A DNA stretch of 64,000 nt, taken from positions 26,908,001 through 26,972,000 of the forward strand of contig CP158635.1 in assembly GCA_050273025.1 (NCBI GenBank), read 5' to 3'. Position 1 is the stretch's first letter. Each line of letters begins with the position of its first letter. Both the position numbers and the translations under genes were made by a program. Below the pieces are notes generated by a model. The model searched no databases. It worked only from the letters and a program-made list of their open reading frames with translations, and was not told the origin of the DNA. Origin of the DNA: Cenococcum geophilum (lineage: Eukaryota). Shown in pieces: positions 62,122-64,000 of this stretch.

Positions 62122-63044
62122 GTAAAATAGAAATGGAGTATTTATAGGAATAATATAGAAAGTAATATATCCTAAGGGGGTTTAGACCCTAATTGTGCCA
62201 AAAGAGATTATAGTACCCTTACTAAAACAAATTATATATTAGCCTGCCGTTAAATAGTTAATCTAAATAGAGTTATTAAACTGCTAAAGGGCTTAAACTT
62301 AAGGTTCTCCTACTATAGATACTCCTGCGGCTCTAGTATCTGGCATAATATTATAAAAGATATTTATTAAGTATCTATTGTTAAAGGAGAACGCAAAGCT
62401 CTCCTTTAGCTTATTAAAGATATCTAACTTTATAATAGAATGGAGCGTAGATTAGTTATTAAGAATAGTAATAGTTTGTATACCATCTACCTTACTATAC
62501 TTAGTGAAGTATTAGTTAGAAAAGTAGTTTTTAATTTCTATATCTATAAGGAGCTATTTAGTCTTATTAACCTTACCCTTAAAATCTTTTACGCCTTTAT
62601 ATTAAACTAGGAAGCTTTAAAAGTAGGCTATAGTAACTTTATAATTTCTAATATTTCTTATACTCTAACGGAACTTATTATATACCTCTTTTCGCTTATT
62701 AAGGGAGTATCTAGTTAACTAGTAATTTAGCTTCTTATAAATATAGCACTTTCATTAGCAAAATATGGTACCCTTTTAATGGCCTCAATGGTTGGTGGTT
62801 GACGCAATTGGCGCGTAGTTGAGGGCATTTAGCAACTCGACCGACTAGCCTATATCGTGTTTTTTTAACACGCAGCCTGCGCGCAACCTGCCAGTAATCT
62901 ACGTATTTGGCAACCATAATTATATTTACCTCTTTTATACTAATAATATATTTTAAATAAATAAAAGCTATTTTAAAGCTATTTATAAGGCTAGTAAAAT
63001 AAATATTATTATTTTAGATAATTTAATATAATATAGCGATGGTT

Positions 63045-63452
63045 CTCTTCTACCTATCTACCTATTAACTTACCTACCTGCCTACATCGCCTACCTATTT
63101 ACATCACCTACCTATCTATATCTACCTGTCTATATTTGCCTACCTATTTATATTTACCTACCTATCTATATTTACCTACCCGTTAGTATCTATCTACCTA
63201 TCTACATTTACTTACCTGTCTATATCTACCTACCTATTTATATCTACTTATCTATATCTACCTACCTATCTATATCTACCTACCTGTTAGCATCTACCTA
63301 CCTATCTATATCTGCTTGCCTATCTATATCTACTTACCTATCTATATCTACTTACCTATTTATATCTACTTACCTATCTACATCTACTTACCTATCTATA
63401 TCTACCTACCCGTTAGTATTTACCTATTTATACCTACCTATCTATACTACCT
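63045..63452. repeat. Degenerate (CTAC/CTAT)-based pyrimidine-rich simple repeat
   Basis: TACCTATCTACATCTACC-like units. Confidence 0.85.
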
Positions 63453-63489
63453 TAATTTAATTAATTAATTAAATCGTTTATAGTGTTAG

Positions 63490-64000
63490 CTAGCTAGTTA
63501 TTATTATCTAGCTCTAGCGACGGTTGTCTAGTTCTAGTAATAGTTATCTAGTTCTAGCGACGGTTGTCTAGCTCTAGCAATAGTCGTCTAGTTTTAATAA
63601 CGGTTGTCTAGTTCTAGCGACAGTCGTCTAGTTCTAGTAACAGTCGTCTAGCTAGCGACGGTCGTCTAGTTCTAGTAACGGTTGTCTAGTTCTAGTAACG
63701 GTCGTCTAGCTAGCGATAGTTATCTAGTTCTGGCGATAGTTATCTAGTTCTAGTAACGGTTGTCTAGCTAGCGACGGTTATTTAGTTCTAGTAACGGTCG
63801 TCTAGCTAGCGACAGTTATCTAATTCTAGTGACGATTGTCTAGCTCTGGCAACGGTCGTCTAGTTCTAGTAATAGTCGTCTAACTAGCGACGGTTGTCTA
63901 GTTCTGGCGACGGTCGTCTAATTCTAGTAACAGTCGTCTGGTTCTAGCGACGGTCGTTTAGCTCTAGCAACGGTCGTCTAGTTCTAGTAATAGTTATCTA
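63490..64000. repeat. Minisatellite of about 20-bp units (TCTAGTTCTAGCGACGGTCG), continuing past the window edge
   Basis: More than 20 units with RIP-like variation and occasional shorter units. Confidence 0.9.

Larger units (their letters stand above)
52199..62752 (-). mobile_element. Copia element B (same family as A, inverted): 3' LTR 52199-52421, internal 52422-55752 and 62122-62752; 5' end missing
   Basis: LTR shares GTCACGTG..CCGCGGCACTAGCGTGG with LTR A. 62215-62752 is the reverse complement of about 51660-52198. Integrase, RT and RNase H remnants lie on the minus strand. Confidence 0.8.

Noticed and set aside
63045..63452. Telomeric repeat
   Set aside because: No TTAGGG/CCCTAA arrays; it is a degenerate CTAC/CTAT repeat.

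Overview
Fungal genomic DNA from a filamentous ascomycete (Pezizomycotina, probably Dothideomycete-like; lineage inferred from gene content, spliceosomal introns and RIP). The window crosses from a GC-balanced gene region (1 to about 23.8 kb) into an AT-rich, RIP-mutated repeat block (about 24-64 kb). The left part holds the 3' portion of NUP188, a HET-domain gene, a conserved S/P/R-rich protein and a 3-exon gene with a Cys-His deamidase-like motif whose last acceptor reads CGG. It also holds two divergently oriented paralogues encoding a stand-alone HeLo-like/SesA-type NLR N-terminal domain with a C-terminal TM helix, F-box gene fragments, a hAT non-autonomous element, a Tourist-like MITE and a Tc1 fragment. 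The right part holds a complete chromoviral Gypsy, then three RIP-destroyed housekeeping genes missed by the ORF track: GTP cyclohydrolase II (rib1), a Vps73/YBR241C-like MFS transporter and the CDK8 kinase ssn3. Next is a RIP-destroyed DUF3435 tyrosine recombinase (Starship captain-type), split by a Tad1-like LINE that carries a probable solo LTR containing a head-to-tail pair of CryptonF elements. Three nested Copia elements and terminal mini/microsatellites close the window. Family calls come from motifs recognised by eye in manual translations; no database search was run.
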